This document shows positions 25,775 to 38,456 of a stretch of 64,000 nucleotides of DNA, one piece after another. The DNA is from Camelus dromedarius (taxonomy: Eukaryota). Numbering within the stretch: position 1 is the first letter of the stretch; every line of letters begins with the position of its first letter. The notes under the pieces were generated by a model. That model saw nothing but the letters and a program-made list of their open reading frames with translations, did not search any database and was not told the DNA's origin. The DNA lies in NCBI RefSeq assembly GCF_036321535.1, contig NC_087437.1, positions 66,652,001-66,716,000 of the forward strand, in the 5' to 3' direction. Position numbers and translations under genes: made by a program.

Positions 25775-26140
25775 AATGACATACAATTCACCATTTTAAA
25801 GTGTACAATTCAGTGGTTTTTAGTATTATCACAATGTTATGAAACCATCACTACTATCTAATTTCAGAACGTTTCCATCGCTCTTTAAAAGAAACTCCAT
25901 ACCAGTTAGCAGTCCATCTCCATTTCCCTCTGCCCTATCTCCTGGTAACCACCAATCTAATTTCCATCTCCATGAATATGCCTATTCTGGACAGTTCTTA
26001 CAAACAGAGTTATATAATATGTGGCCTTTTGTGTCTGGCTTCTTTCACTTGGCATAATGTTTTCAGGGTTCATTTATGTTGCAGTAAGTACCAGTACTTC
26101 ATACCTTTTTTTAGTTGAGTAATACTCCATTGTATTGAAT
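25775..26140 (-). mobile_element. L1MB-like 3' fragment
   Basis: catacaattcaccattttaaagtgtacaattcagtggtttttagtat ... gtctggcttctttcacttggcataatgttttcagggttcat. Confidence 0.85.
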
Positions 26141-29100
26141 TTTGAGAGGTGCATTATTTGTCTAAAACCAGTGGCCTCTACACTTCTTGGCAAAAAGCTC
26201 CCTCTCCTGGGAGGGTTATCAGTGGGGAGTTGACATGGCCAGGGGACAGGAAGGGTATGGGGTGGGGACTCACGTTGTGAAGTGTACCCAGTATGCCGTG
26301 CGGGTGGGGCAGTTTGCACACATGTGCGTCAGAGATGAGCAGAGTCGCCTCCCGTTTCTGCCTTCCCTCCTCCTCTCCCCACCCAGCCCTGGTACCTATG
26401 ACTGCAGGAGACAGAGGCAGCCAATGGGCAGCCCACACCAGCTGGGAGCATTCAACTCAGTGCAAGTGTCAGCCAGTTACTGCAGTGATTCTCACCTCAT
26501 CCTGGGCATGACTCAACACATCAGGTGCTTTGCTTGAGAGGAACAGCCCTATGAATAAAATCTGTGTCGCATTTTACAGTTCACAAAACACTTTACATCT
26601 AGCTGTTACACAACCCCTGTGGAAATTATGTGAAGTAAGTCGGGGAGATAGTATTATGCACATTTTGCAGAAATTATACCGGAAGCCCAAGGAGGTTCAT
26701 CAACTTGTTAAAGGTTATGATTCTAACACACAGCGGGTGGAACCACATCTCATCTCCTAATGCCTAGCCAGGCATTCAGCAAATATTTATGGAGCCTCTA
26801 CTATGAGCCAGGCCCTGTTCTAGATTCTGCAGATGTGGCAACAAAACAGATAAAGCCCCTGTTCTCATGACCCCAAAGTAACTTCAGCTGATATACAGCA
26901 GCTGGAGACAAGCTTGACGAGAACTAAATCAGGACAAGGGACTAATGAGTGGCAGGATGGATGGGGTCAGGGAGGATGGTGCTTGTTAGTGGGAGTCAGA
27001 GGAGGTCTCGCCACAAGGGGACACCTTTCCCAAAGGAAGCAAGGGACAGGACCGTGTGGATGTCTGGGGAGTGTGATAGTCCCCCCCCATGTGCCTGGTA
27101 CTGTGTACAGTTCAGCCTCCATTCCCTCACAGAAACCTCAGCCCATTGTGTTAGGTAGGTGTTGCTAGGCCTGTTTGTAAAATGACACAGCAAGCTCAAA
27201 ATTCAACTACTGAGGCAGTAATGAGTGCTCAGACCTGAGTTTCCCCTCCAGAAACACTGAAGCAGACAAAACCCTTCAGAAATCTTTCAACTTTTTCTCG
27301 TACTGAGTGTAGCAGAGTCCCTGAGTATGCAAGCCAGGTCCTGGTGGGAATTGCCCAGAAGATTTTTGGTTCCTCTTTTCAGTCTGGTTCTTCCTCAGCA
27401 CCAACGTCTGCTGAGGGGATCTCACGTAGGAACATCGAAGAGCCCGTTGACCTTTAGAAAAACACCCACACTTCTCAGATGGCTGGACAAAAACTCCTTA
27501 AGAACCATCACTGAAATTGGCTCACTTTCAGTTAAGATTTCTTTTTGCTAATGTCACCACATTTCAAAATCGGTTAGAAATCCTGGATTCTTTTCGGGTG
27601 AGAACAGAGCGTAGCAAAGACCTGTTATTTAGGACCCCTGATGGGCGAGCTGCTTTCTGTCATGGGGTCTGTCTGGCTCATAGCATGTTCCATGTGTCTG
27701 ACAAAATCCCTAATGAGAAGAAAGAGACCAGAGGGTACTAGCTAGGGGTGAGAGAAAGGAAAGAGAGGAACGGAAACTCTTATGGAAGACCTGCTATGTA
27801 CTAGGGGCTTTTCCATTTATATCATTTAATCTGAATTTAATTTTACAATGACCCTGAGAGGTAGGCATCATACCGTTTGTACAGATGAGTAAACAGGTCA
27901 ATCAGCAAGTGGCTGAGGCAGCCATAGTCCACGTGCCTTCTATGTATCATTTTGCTCTCGTTGTATCTCTGTCTTTTTTAAAAATTGTATCTCTTTTTAA
28001 AGATAGTTCAGGTTATTCAGCTATTATATGCTCTCTCAAGTGCATCTTTTCATTTATTTCCTCCTTTTCAGTTATATTTCCTAAATCTGGGGCTGGCAAC
28101 GTTCAGCACAATTGTCGAAAGAGGTGCTTTGGATCATTCTGAGGTACCTCACACTGCTGTGGAAATAACCTGTCATCACAAAACTCTCTTCCTAAATGCT
28201 GTGGTGGAGCCACACCCAGTCTGATGGAGGCTGGAAGAATGGCTGGTGAGACGGAGAGGTGCTAGTGTCCATGACCCTGCTGTCCGAGGAGAATGGGCTT
28301 GGAAATGAGACCCCTATCCTAGTGAGGGGTTCTGTGTGGCGGGGAAGAGGCAGCATCGTACCACTGGGGGACGGAGGAGGGTGGCCAGATGTGAAGGCAC
28401 TGGGGCTTTAGAGGGACTCTATTTTTCAGTCAAGCACAGCATAGGAAAAATTACCATGCTTTCTAAACCAAAAAAAAAAAAAAAAATCAGAAAATATAGT
28501 CTGACAGGGATTTTGGTGTTACTGATGAGTGCTGAGGAGCTAACAAGGAGATGGACTTGGGATGTCGAAACGCTGATATTTCTGTGATATGGTGACAGGA
28601 AAATGGGCAAATGTTTTCAATGAGGACTCTCTGGCAAAACTAGGTTGTAGGGCACCCGTTGCATGGATTACAGATAGCCAAGAGAGATAAAGACAGGATC
28701 TCCATCTGTTTAGGGTAGCTAGAAAGGTCAGAAATGGTCCAGAGGTGTAACTGAGGTCCCTTCAGGTGGGTTTGAGGGGAGTCATTTCAGCCTGAAGCCA
28801 TGGGGTCAAGCCAGGTCTGGAAGGAAAAGCACTCTTTCTCAAAACAAAAGAGCTCAGTGATGGGGCCTGGCTGGGGTGCAACTAGTGCTGGCTTACTTAT
28901 CCTAGCACTGGGCCTAAAACTGGGGAAACCAGTAAACAAGGAGAATGGCCCCAAAAGTACTCTGTAAAACTGGGGCAGTTTCCTTTCCTGGGTTTAGTTT
29001 CCTCATCTGTAAAATAAGACCACCAAAATGAATGATCAGGGAAATCAAAATCTCATATTCCTTAACTATGACTTCCCTATCCCTGTGGGGCTGAGTACAT

Positions 29101-29167
29101 TGTCTAACCCATAGTTGGCACTCATATGCTAGGTCTTCTTTTGAGACTAGAGCGCCTTCTCCCTCAT

Positions 29168-29598
29168 TGTCTATGGACAAACAAATGGATAAAGAAAATG
29201 TGGTATATACATACAACGGAATATTAGTCATTATCATCACTATTATTCCTTAAAAAGGAAGAAGATTCTGACACATGTAAAACACAGAGGAACCTGGATA
29301 GTATTATGCTGAGTGGAATAAGCCAGTCACAAAAAGACAAATACTGTATGTATGATTCCACTTATATTCAGTATTTAAAGTGGTAAATTCACAGAAACAG
29401 AAAGTTGAGTGGTGGTTACCAGGGGCTGGGGGAGGGAGAAAGAGGGGTTGTTTAATGCATACAGAGTTCCAATCTGCAAGATGGAAAAGTCTGGAGATCT
29501 GTTTCACAACAGTGTGAATATACTTGACACTACTGAGCTGTACATTTAAAAATGGTTAAGATGGTAAAATTATTTTTTAATCACAATTTTTTAAATGG
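29168..29598 (+). mobile_element. L1MA/MB-like 3' fragment
   Basis: aaatggataaagaaaatgtggtatatacatacaacggaatatt ... aaaaatggttaagatggtaaaat. Confidence 0.85.
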
Positions 29599-29771
29599 AG
29601 GCTAAAAAAGCACTGGGGACCAAAAATATCAAACTCAAACTGAACACTCTGATCCTGCTTAGTCACTATATGCAACCCTCTGAATTCTGTTATTGTCCAC
29701 TCCGAATTCCTGCTTGTGCAGGCATCTATGTTTAATAGACATAAAATTTTGTTCTGTTTGCCTCTCCATAG

Positions 29772-30089
29772 GCATCATGCAGGTGACCAAAACAGTGAAA
29801 GAAATAGCAGTGCTATCTTGTGATTACAACATATCCACTGAAGAACTGACCGAAGTTCGCATCTATTGGCAAAAAGATAATGAAATGGTGCTGGCGGTCA
29901 TGTCTGGAAAAGTGGAAGTGTGGCCCGAGTATGAGAACCGCACCTTCACTGACTTCACCAGTAACCTCTGCATTGTGATCCTGGCTCTGCGCCTGTCAGA
30001 CAAAGGCACCTATACCTGTGTCATTCAGAAGCCTGAGAAAGGGACTTACAAACTGAAGCACCTCACTTCGGTGAAGTTATTGGTCAGAG
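29772..30089 (+). CDS. CD80: CD80 exon 3, IgV domain
   Basis: Acceptor catag|, translates IMQVTKTVKEIAVLSCDYNISTEELTEVRIYWQKDNEMVL...LRLSDKGTYTCVIQK...KLLVR, donor AG|GTCAGT. 318 nt, phase 1-1. Confidence 0.97.
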
Positions 30090-30648
30090 GTCAGTGGGAT
30101 TTTCTGATTTATGATAGCTAGCAGATTCTCGATGCCCTTAAAGACGTACTCCTGTTGATTTAGGTGGAAAGTCTACCAAAGAGGGATGTGTCTCACTTCA
30201 TTTCTTAGGGTTGAGTCTCTAGTTTTACAGTAAACCCTAGCTGGAAATAGCTATTAGCTGCATTTCTTGCACTTTGACAATCCAAGTTCGTGACAGTGAT
30301 CCTGGGGCATGCATGATAATGACCTGAAATGCCTTCTGAATCATAAAGGGACACATCTGATGTGATGGGGCTGTCCTACTAACTGCACTTGATCCAGTAA
30401 TATATTCTTGCAAAGTATGTTGAAAGGTACAAGAGCAATGCAGGCATAAATATTTTTCAAATAGTGTTTGAATGTCTATTGCTCTGGCTATTGTACTATT
30501 ATATTTACTGTACATTTGAAGCTCTAGTCTAATGGTCAGTTTTACAAAGTTAGATATTAAAGAAGTGTTATTAAAGGGCAGGGTAGGAAGAAGCCTTGAC
30601 TTAATCACCGGTGATTCTGAAAGAGGATACTGATACAGGCTGAGCCCT

Positions 30649-30785
30649 TGCTGAGAAATGACAGCCCTGGGCCATTCCTTCATACTTAAAATTCAAACAC
30701 ATTTCTTTCTCTTCCTGCTGAGAAATGACAGCCCTGGGCCATTCCCTCACACTTAAAATTCAAACACATTTCTTTCTCTTCCTGC
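30649..30785. repeat. 67-bp tandem duplication (2 copies, 2 mismatches)
   Basis: tgctgagaaatgacagccctgggccattcc(t/c)tca(t/c)acttaaaattcaaacacatttctttctcttcc repeated at 30649 and 30716. Confidence 0.95.
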
Positions 30786-31544
30786 GCCCTTGAGCCTTTA
30801 GTGGAAACCAAACCTTTTAATAAAATGGAAGAATTAACCTTGATAACAGATAACTTAAGTGACTCCCCAATGGATTCTTCACCGTTCTTCCCTGCTTTGG
30901 TCTTAAGCTATGTTGAATCTTTAGCGGTAGCATTCAGGTCATACCTAAAGCTTAGGAGGTACACCAAAGTTTCATGGAATTATCTTAAACTTCACTCTGT
31001 GTATTCCCTACCCATGGGGAGAGCAAATGATTATCTGGTGGTGGGATTTGTGGGGCTCTAAGAAGACTGCCTCCTCCAAAATTCTGACCTGTATCAATTC
31101 CTGGAATTCCCACTATTAAAGCTTCTCCTGCTAGTTTTAGCATTTTCCCCCCGCTGTGAGACCCCTGTTAAAAATGAAAATGTGTTCCCTAGGGGAGATG
31201 GCACCACAGACATATTAGCCTGTATTAATTAATTACATTAGATACATAGTCAGTCCTCTAACATAATATCCAGAGAGAAGGAGACTCAGGACACATTTGG
31301 TAGAAATATAGAGAAGAAAACTCAAGAGGGAGAAGAGGCAGAGTTTCAGGGAGGGCAGGCCCCCGTAGCAGATTAGAGTAGGCAACAGCCTAGACAGCCA
31401 AGGGGCAACATGCAAGTGTTGAGGGCCTTAGAAAGGGGAGTGGGGCGCCAAAATCAAGTAGGGGAAGACAAAAAGAGAAACTCTGCTTGCTTAATTAGAC
31501 CCAGAACCAATTCTGGTTTTTCTAATTGAGACAATGAAAATCGT

Positions 31545-31690
31545 GCTTCTCAAATGATCAGGTGCATGCGACTTGGGGATCTGGTTAAAATGCAGATTCA
31601 AATTCAGCAGGTCTAGCATTTCCAACAGGCTCCCTGGTGATGCCTTGCAGTTGCTGAGGATCACAGCTTGAGAAGCAAGACACTAAACAA
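31545..31690. mobile_element. MER5A-like fragment
   Basis: gttaaaatgcagattcaaattcagcaggtct...catttccaacaggctccctggtgatgc. Confidence 0.6.
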
Positions 31691-34028
31691 GCTCTCATTT
31701 GGCCAAAGTGACCAAATGTCCCATTCTGCCAGGGACTGAGGGGTTTCCTCAGACATGAGATTTTCAGTGCTAATACTGGGAAAGTCTAGGCTAACTGGGA
31801 CAAGTTGGTTTCTCTACATTTGCCTAAGATTGCTAAATGATATAATAGCTCAATAGATGAAGCCTCCACTAAATAACACATTTGAGAACTAGCTATACTA
31901 GTTATCAGATTAACTAGGTTAATGGAGTTTTACCTTTCTAAAGCATGTGCACCTTTTCCTTCCCTAATAAGATATTCTTACCCTACCCATTAAGGGTGGT
32001 GAAAACTGGGAAAAATGAGACACAAAGGAGTAATTCTTTAATGGTTCACAGTCTTGCAAGGCCTTAGGAGATGTTACTCTAAACAGATCACCTTATAGAA
32101 GGGGTGGGAGACGGAGTTTAAAAAGATGATTTTTAATACAACCCTTGATATTGTAGCATTCTTGTGGTTAAATGTTTTTTGGAAAAGCGGAGTGTAGAAA
32201 TGAACACAAATCATAATTAGGATATGAGTTACCTGGATTTGTTATTCCAAGTTACAACATGACATATTGGTGTTATAAGAAACAAAGAATACTCCTGATG
32301 TCAGCTGCCCGTGTAATGATTTGGTCTGATAGGATAAATTAATAGGAAATAGGAAGTAGGAAATAATAATGTCAACTAAAAATGCCTCAGGAAAATGTCA
32401 AACTTAATTTAGGAACAGAGTTAGTACAAAAAAGAAAGATGAGTCTATCCCCAACCAAATCCAAGTTTTTCCTTTTCCTGGCAATTACAATAACCTGTCA
32501 TAACTTCCTCTTCCCCTTTTTCCTCATGGTGCCACCATGCAGTCCTGGAAACTTTCATCTGGCAACTTGACCTAAATGAGGAAACTCATCTAAGAGAGGA
32601 CGAATTTAAGACACACATTGGTCTATGAACTAATTTCCTGTGTGTCAGACTCTGTTCTATGTGATACACATTAATGATGTCATGAAATTCTTACAACGCT
32701 GGGAGGCGAGTAGTATTAACCTCATCTTACAGATGAGCAAACTAGGACTGAAAGTGGTTAAGTAACAGGCCCAGAATTAAAAGGCAAAACTGGTTTTAAA
32801 ACCTGCTCTCGATGACCACTATGCTAGACTACATCTCTCTGTGAGACTCTGAATTCTGAGAAGAAAACCAAGTACATGAGATGAAGTATGGAGGGATTGG
32901 TTCCCCGCAGTCATGTTAAGAAGAATAAATTCTTTAAGCCTAACACTAAGTGAGGAAGAGGTGAGGGGAGTTTTCTCCTGTGTTCACTGCAGTCATTTCA
33001 CTGTGCTCTGCTTGGTGTATACTTTAGCATCTCATTGGGGGTCGAATACACAAATGAAAGAGAGCTTCGAGTGCCTTGGAGGAATATTAGGAAGGCCTCT
33101 CTGTCATTGTGAGACATTTCAGAACAGCAAGGGAATCTGTAAAGTACAGTGGTTGAGATTACAAGTTCAACGGTGTACAATTTGGACAGAAGTTTATCTG
33201 ATTAAAGACTACTTTTTAAAAAGTAAGGTAACGCTAAACAAAATTTAGAATAGTGTTACCTCAGGTGTGGGAGGCGGGAGGACAGCAAGGCAAAGACGGA
33301 ACGAGCAGGTTTACATAACCTGCTGTCAGTGTTCCAGTTCTCAAGTGGGATAGTGGGTTCTCAGGTGTTTAGTACAGTGCGAGTTAATACATAGATAAAT
33401 AAAAGAGAGCCACCTTGTATACCTCAAATACTAGGAAGAAAGGGAAGAAAAAAAGTAAAAGAAAGAAATGAAAGGAAAAGGAAAGAAGGCAGGAGAGGGG
33501 GAGGTTCTAGTATCAGAGAAACTTGAACACAAATCCCAATTCTGCCACTTATTGGTTGTGATTTCTCTAGACCTCATTTGATTATTTAGAAAATGGAGAT
33601 TTTATTAGGTTAAATCATATGTAATGACTGATATTTAACCTTTTTGAATCTACAACCTACTAGGGTTGTTGTAAAGATGAAATGAGATAATGTCCAGACC
33701 TAACAAATATTAAGAACTCAATAATTGCTGTCTCTTATTTTTAATTCCACCCCTTCCTTACAAATGCAAGTACTATGTCAATATTTACACAGGAACCTAC
33801 TTCTTTCTTTAATAAGTGCCCTTCTACCTCCATCAAAAGTGACGAAGAATTGATATAACCAATTCAAACTAAAACTAGTCTTTGGATTATACCTAACTAT
33901 TAATGACTTATGGGAAGTTGCAAATTGTATTTTATTGTTCTTATTAAAGCTAAGTATTTATTAAAAATATAAACACATACACACAAACACGTAATGATAA
34001 TGTACTTACATCCTTGTTCCTTCTCCAG

Positions 34029-34310
34029 CTGACTTCCCTGCCCCTAGTATTAGTGACCTCGGAAATCCATCTCCTGACATCAGAAGGATAATCTGCTCAA
34101 CTTCTGGAGGGTTTCCAGAGCCTCACCTCTCCTGGTTGGAAAATGGAGAAGAATTAAACGCTACCTACACAACACTTGCCCAAGATCCTGAAACTGAGCT
34201 CTACACGATTAGCAGTGAACTGGATTTCAATGTGACAAGGAACCACAGCTTCATGTGTCTTGTCAAGTATGGAGACTTAACAGTGTCACAGACCTTCAAC
34301 TGGCAGAAAT
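34029..34310 (+). CDS. CD80: CD80 exon 4, IgC domain
   Basis: Acceptor ctccag|, translates ADFPAPSISDLGNPSPDIRRIICSTSGGFPEPHLSWLENGEELN...SFMCLVKYGDLTVSQTFNWQK, donor T|GTAAGT. 282 nt. Confidence 0.97.
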
Positions 34311-34819
34311 GTAAGTGACATTGTCCTAGGGAGTTTTTGCTGTGTAGAATCTAAAATGAGTCAGCCAGATACATTTCAGAATTGTGCATATTGACTCATA
34401 GTATTTTTTGTAGTTTTTTTAGACACGTAAATGAAATGATAATAAAGAGTTACTATGACTTAAGGTCACCACACAAGGTCTGACTATAATGTTAATAGAC
34501 TAATTTTCTTTTCTTTAATAAACATTCTAAAATTTAGAAATCCAAATAAGTGCTATCCATCAAGTTATCATGTTAGGAAGTTATTATAACAGTATTATTT
34601 TTATTGAAAGAACTAAAATGTGGCCTTCTTTGAATGCTCTCTGGGCTTCGGCACTTTTATTTTGGGGGCCCCCTCCCCACGGTCCCATGATGTTAAATCA
34701 TTGTCTTCTGTGGGTGAATGTGCCTTTTAAGAACTACTGGTTCATTCAGAACCAAGTCTGGTAAAGAAGGTGAATGACAAACTACTTGGGGACAATGCCT
34801 GAAAAAAGTGGTCATTTTT

Positions 34820-34895
34820 TTAAAAACATTTTTTAATTGAGTTATGGTCATTTTACAATGTTGTGTCAAATTCCAGTGTAGAGCACAATTTTTTC
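34820..34895 (-). mobile_element. Ultra-short 5'-truncated L1 3' end with 17-bp target-site duplication
   Basis: Reverse complement ctacactggaatttgacacaacattgtaaaatgaccataactcaattaaaaaa resembles a cetartiodactyl L1 3' terminus. Perfect TSD aaaaagtggtcattttt at 34803-34819 and 34896-34912. Confidence 0.8.
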
Positions 34896-35639
34896 AAAAA
34901 GTGGTCATTTTTGATCCAATACCAACACCAAATGTTTTACCCTACAAGTAGTATACTTACAGAATTTTCTTTCCCCAGAGGTAAAATTATCTGAAAATAT
35001 AAAATGAAAAAAGTTGGGCTTATGTAAATTTATGCATATTAAACCCATAATGGGTTATTCATTTCTAACTTGTTTGGCTGCTTATATGGAGGACCACCAG
35101 GCCTCTCCCCACCCCTGAGCCCCACTTCTAACAATGTGTTATGTGGCTGCATAGTAAAAAGCAATACATCAAACATAACTTATTATGTATAATACATCTT
35201 CCTCTTATCTTTGCTTGTAGTAGAGGAGGTATTTTAGATGGTCTAGTAGTTCATCCTAGTGAATGATTTGCTCTAGATCTTTCAATCTTGAGTGGATTCT
35301 TTATTTTCCTCAATAGGTAATGAGATAAATTCTGAGGGGAAAATTAGTCCAACTATAAACCAGATTTTGACATGATTTTATTAATAATCCAAATTCATCT
35401 CTATCATCTTTTATGTATTCTAAAAAATTTACAAAATTGAAGTTTGAATCATATAGTGAAGCTAGTTTATTAATTCAGCAATACTTGTCACCTTATTGAT
35501 AATATCATTATTTAACCAATTTTAGATTATCGTGACTAAGGTAGAGAGTAGTATGCAAATTGGTAAAAGCAGCCTCAATTACATGTTTATTTTGGACATT
35601 ATTTATATTTGGAATATGAGTATATATGATCTTCTAGGA

Positions 35640-35860
35640 TAAAGGTTGACAAAAATTTTTAGAAAAGGGCCAGACAGTAAATATCTTAGCCTTTACAGGT
35701 CATATGGTCTCTGGCAACAACTCAGTCCTGCTGTTACGGCATGAAAGCAGCCACAGACAGAACAAAAATGAAGGACATGGCTGTGTTCCAGAAGAATTTT
35801 ACTTAAAAAATTAAGTAGTAGTCCTGGCTTGGCCAGGTTAACACTGTAGTTTGTTAACTT
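35640..35860. mobile_element. MER58A-like hAT element
   Basis: aaagggccagacagtaaatatcttagcctttacaggtcatatggtctctggcaacaactcag...aaagcagccacagac...ggctgtgttcca. Confidence 0.8.
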
Positions 35861-36899
35861 ACAGGGAATAGAATGTAGTCCTTTAAATAAAAAGATGGAG
35901 CTATTATTTAAAGGTGATTTAGACAGCCAGTTTTATCATCTTTTCCCTCATATGCCTTCTCTCTTCCTTCATGCTAAGGATGAGCAGTATCCCTTTTCAG
36001 TCTAATTCAGAATACTAGCTCTTTGCCCCACTTGGTCTACATTCACAATGACTAATGGAGAGGTAATTAACAGTATGTGTTTAATCATTCCTTCTTTAAT
36101 CTAGTCTTTATTAGTTATCACATACCAAGTATCTTACTAGGTGCCAGTGTTGTCTTTATGACCAGAGAGCTTTAAATACTTCAAATCTCATAATTTGGAC
36201 TGCAGGTGTCATTTATAGCCAAAAGCAAATAATGCATTTTTGGGGGGTCAAGGGCTGACTGCGTAAGCAAATGTAAATTAGGAGTATAGTTCATCGAAAT
36301 GTTTTATCAATGTGAGTAAAGCTTTACTATAGAAATACCTACTCTTAAACAATTCTAAATTTATTAATTAAGCAGACTGGGTCTATCGTTCTTTTAGTCT
36401 GGGTCTGCCCAGTTACTTAACCCTTGATACACTGGAAGGTGTGTGTGCGCGTGCGCGTGCGCATGTGTGTAATGGGTGAATCAGGGAGGCCCACTCAGAC
36501 TGTCTAATGAGCTATACGTGCAGATGTCCTTACATGACTATGCCCTTGGGATTCTGGGTCTGCCTGTGGCCCATTGCCAGGTTCCTAACAGGCATTATGA
36601 TAGAACGGGTTTGCTGCTGCTGGTTCCTTCTTCTTGCCCTTTAGCACGTAATTTCTTTCTAGGCTGAGGGAGGCTTGAAGATGGATGAGAAGTGGCCTCT
36701 GAGAGGAAGCCAGGAGTGAGTCAGAACCTTTGAAATGTCTAGACTCCCAGGATAATAGCAAGAGCTTCCTTGTTATTTTGGGTGTTATTCTGGTCTCCAG
36801 AGGCCAACCATGGTAATCACTCGATGTCTCCATTCAATCTGGTGTTTTAGAGAAAAAATAAGAAAACAACTTTCCCTAGTCTCTAGGGAGTAGGTGCTC

Positions 36900-37570
36900 T
36901 ATGATCAAATGTGCATTTTATAATGATTACTGTGGCAGAATGTGTAGAAATTATTAAAACCTAGAAAACTAGAGGCAAAGAGACCAAAGTATGGAGGCTA
37001 CTAGGTGGGAGATGAGCAAAACCTGAACTAAGGCAGTTGCTGCAAGAGATTTGGAGAAAAGGAATCAATTGAAGAGATATTCTCAATACAGAATAGAAAG
37101 TCAGGGGGAGCTTCGGGGCAGTGAGCACAAAGGCAAGCCTTCACTTTTATTTGGGTCACTAATGGTGTTGCCATTCACTGAAATGGGAGAAAGCAGGTGG
37201 TAGATATGCTCTAGAAAGAATACATACACTGAGTTCAGTTTTAATCAGGTGAAGATGCTGGCATCCACCCATCTAGTCGGTGGCTGGAAATGCAAATTTG
37301 GAGCTCAGAAGTGAAATCAGGATTATGACATACAGATTTAGAAATCAGCTCGTGTTTCCAATCTTGGGTGTGGATGATTACTAGGGGCCAGTGAGAGGAG
37401 AATGGGACCATGGGAACAACAATATTTAAACACCAAGCAGAGGAAGAACAGCCTAACAGAAACTGAAGAATGTGGTGTCATAGAAATCCCATAAGGAAGA
37501 GTGTCAACTGGGCCAAATGCTGATGGGGTCTGAAAAGCTAAAGACCAAAATTTATCCATAAGCCTTGTAA
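36900..37570 (+). mobile_element. L2-like fragment
   Basis: Degenerate purine-rich L2-type text (ttgccattcactgaaatggga...gagttcagtttt...tggaaatgcaaatttggagctcag). Confidence 0.55.
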
Positions 37571-38456
37571 TCAGAAAAATGGGAGATGGTACTTTAGCAA
37601 ATGTTCAATATTTATTTGTAAGCCATTCAAAAGAAATCAGAAGAGGATGAGCTGCTGATATTCCTTTTGTGTCTCTGACCTTTCTCCGGATGTTGTTGCT
37701 AACTATTCCTCAAAGGGGTTGAAGAATAAATGGTGGAACTGCTGCTCCCGACCAGGAGGGACTGACAGCAGTTCCTACTCCCATAGGCATCCACATCCTT
37801 CCCCGTGTCCCCCGTCTTCTCTGTTCCCTGTGTTTTACAGCTGATAGCTGGTTTGCAGATCCCTCCTCCAGGATGACCCCACCTACTACCAAGCCACACC
37901 CACTCTTGGCTCTTTGCTGGGTCTCTTCTATTCTTCCAGAAGCCCTAGGCTGGATGGTGAAAAATGTGTATCTGAAAATAAATGCAAAGTGGTTCCTGTA
38001 GCTTTAAACAGCCACTGTGAGGTGTGTGTGTGTTAAGACTACAGACTAAAAGGGAGAAGGCATGACAGAGCTGGAGAAGGAAAAATAAGATCTATCTAGA
38101 ACACATCAACTATGAGTAGTGATACATAGTAATATCAGCTATAGAAATGAGAGATGAAGACAAGATAGCTTTTAAAGTATCTCCTGAGTATCTTTTTTTA
38201 TGCCAACTTAACTCAGTAAATGCAAAAGTTCAAATTTTCTTTTTCACATTCAATATCTGACAGCTGGTATTAGTTGCCCATAAGTATGTGTCTGATTGAA
38301 GAATTATGCAAGAAAAATGCCAAAAGCTGCATTTGGGGGAGCTAACCAGGCAGAGAAGGGGAAAATGCTTTACAGTTGTGTCAATATAAGGTCACAGAAT
38401 GGGTATCAGGCAGTTGGAAACACATTAGAGCTGACACTATTCTTTTCCCTCAGCAG

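Noticed and set aside
30090..30121. IgV-only CD80 by read-through of the exon 3 donor (…VRGQWDFLIYDS*)
   Set aside because: No nearby canonical AATAAA, unlike intron 4. Probably just an ORF-track extension.
30649..30785. Repeats as a CRISPR array or other prokaryote-like system
   Set aside because: Eukaryotic intron-exon DNA. Only two adjacent copies, no spacers and no associated genes.
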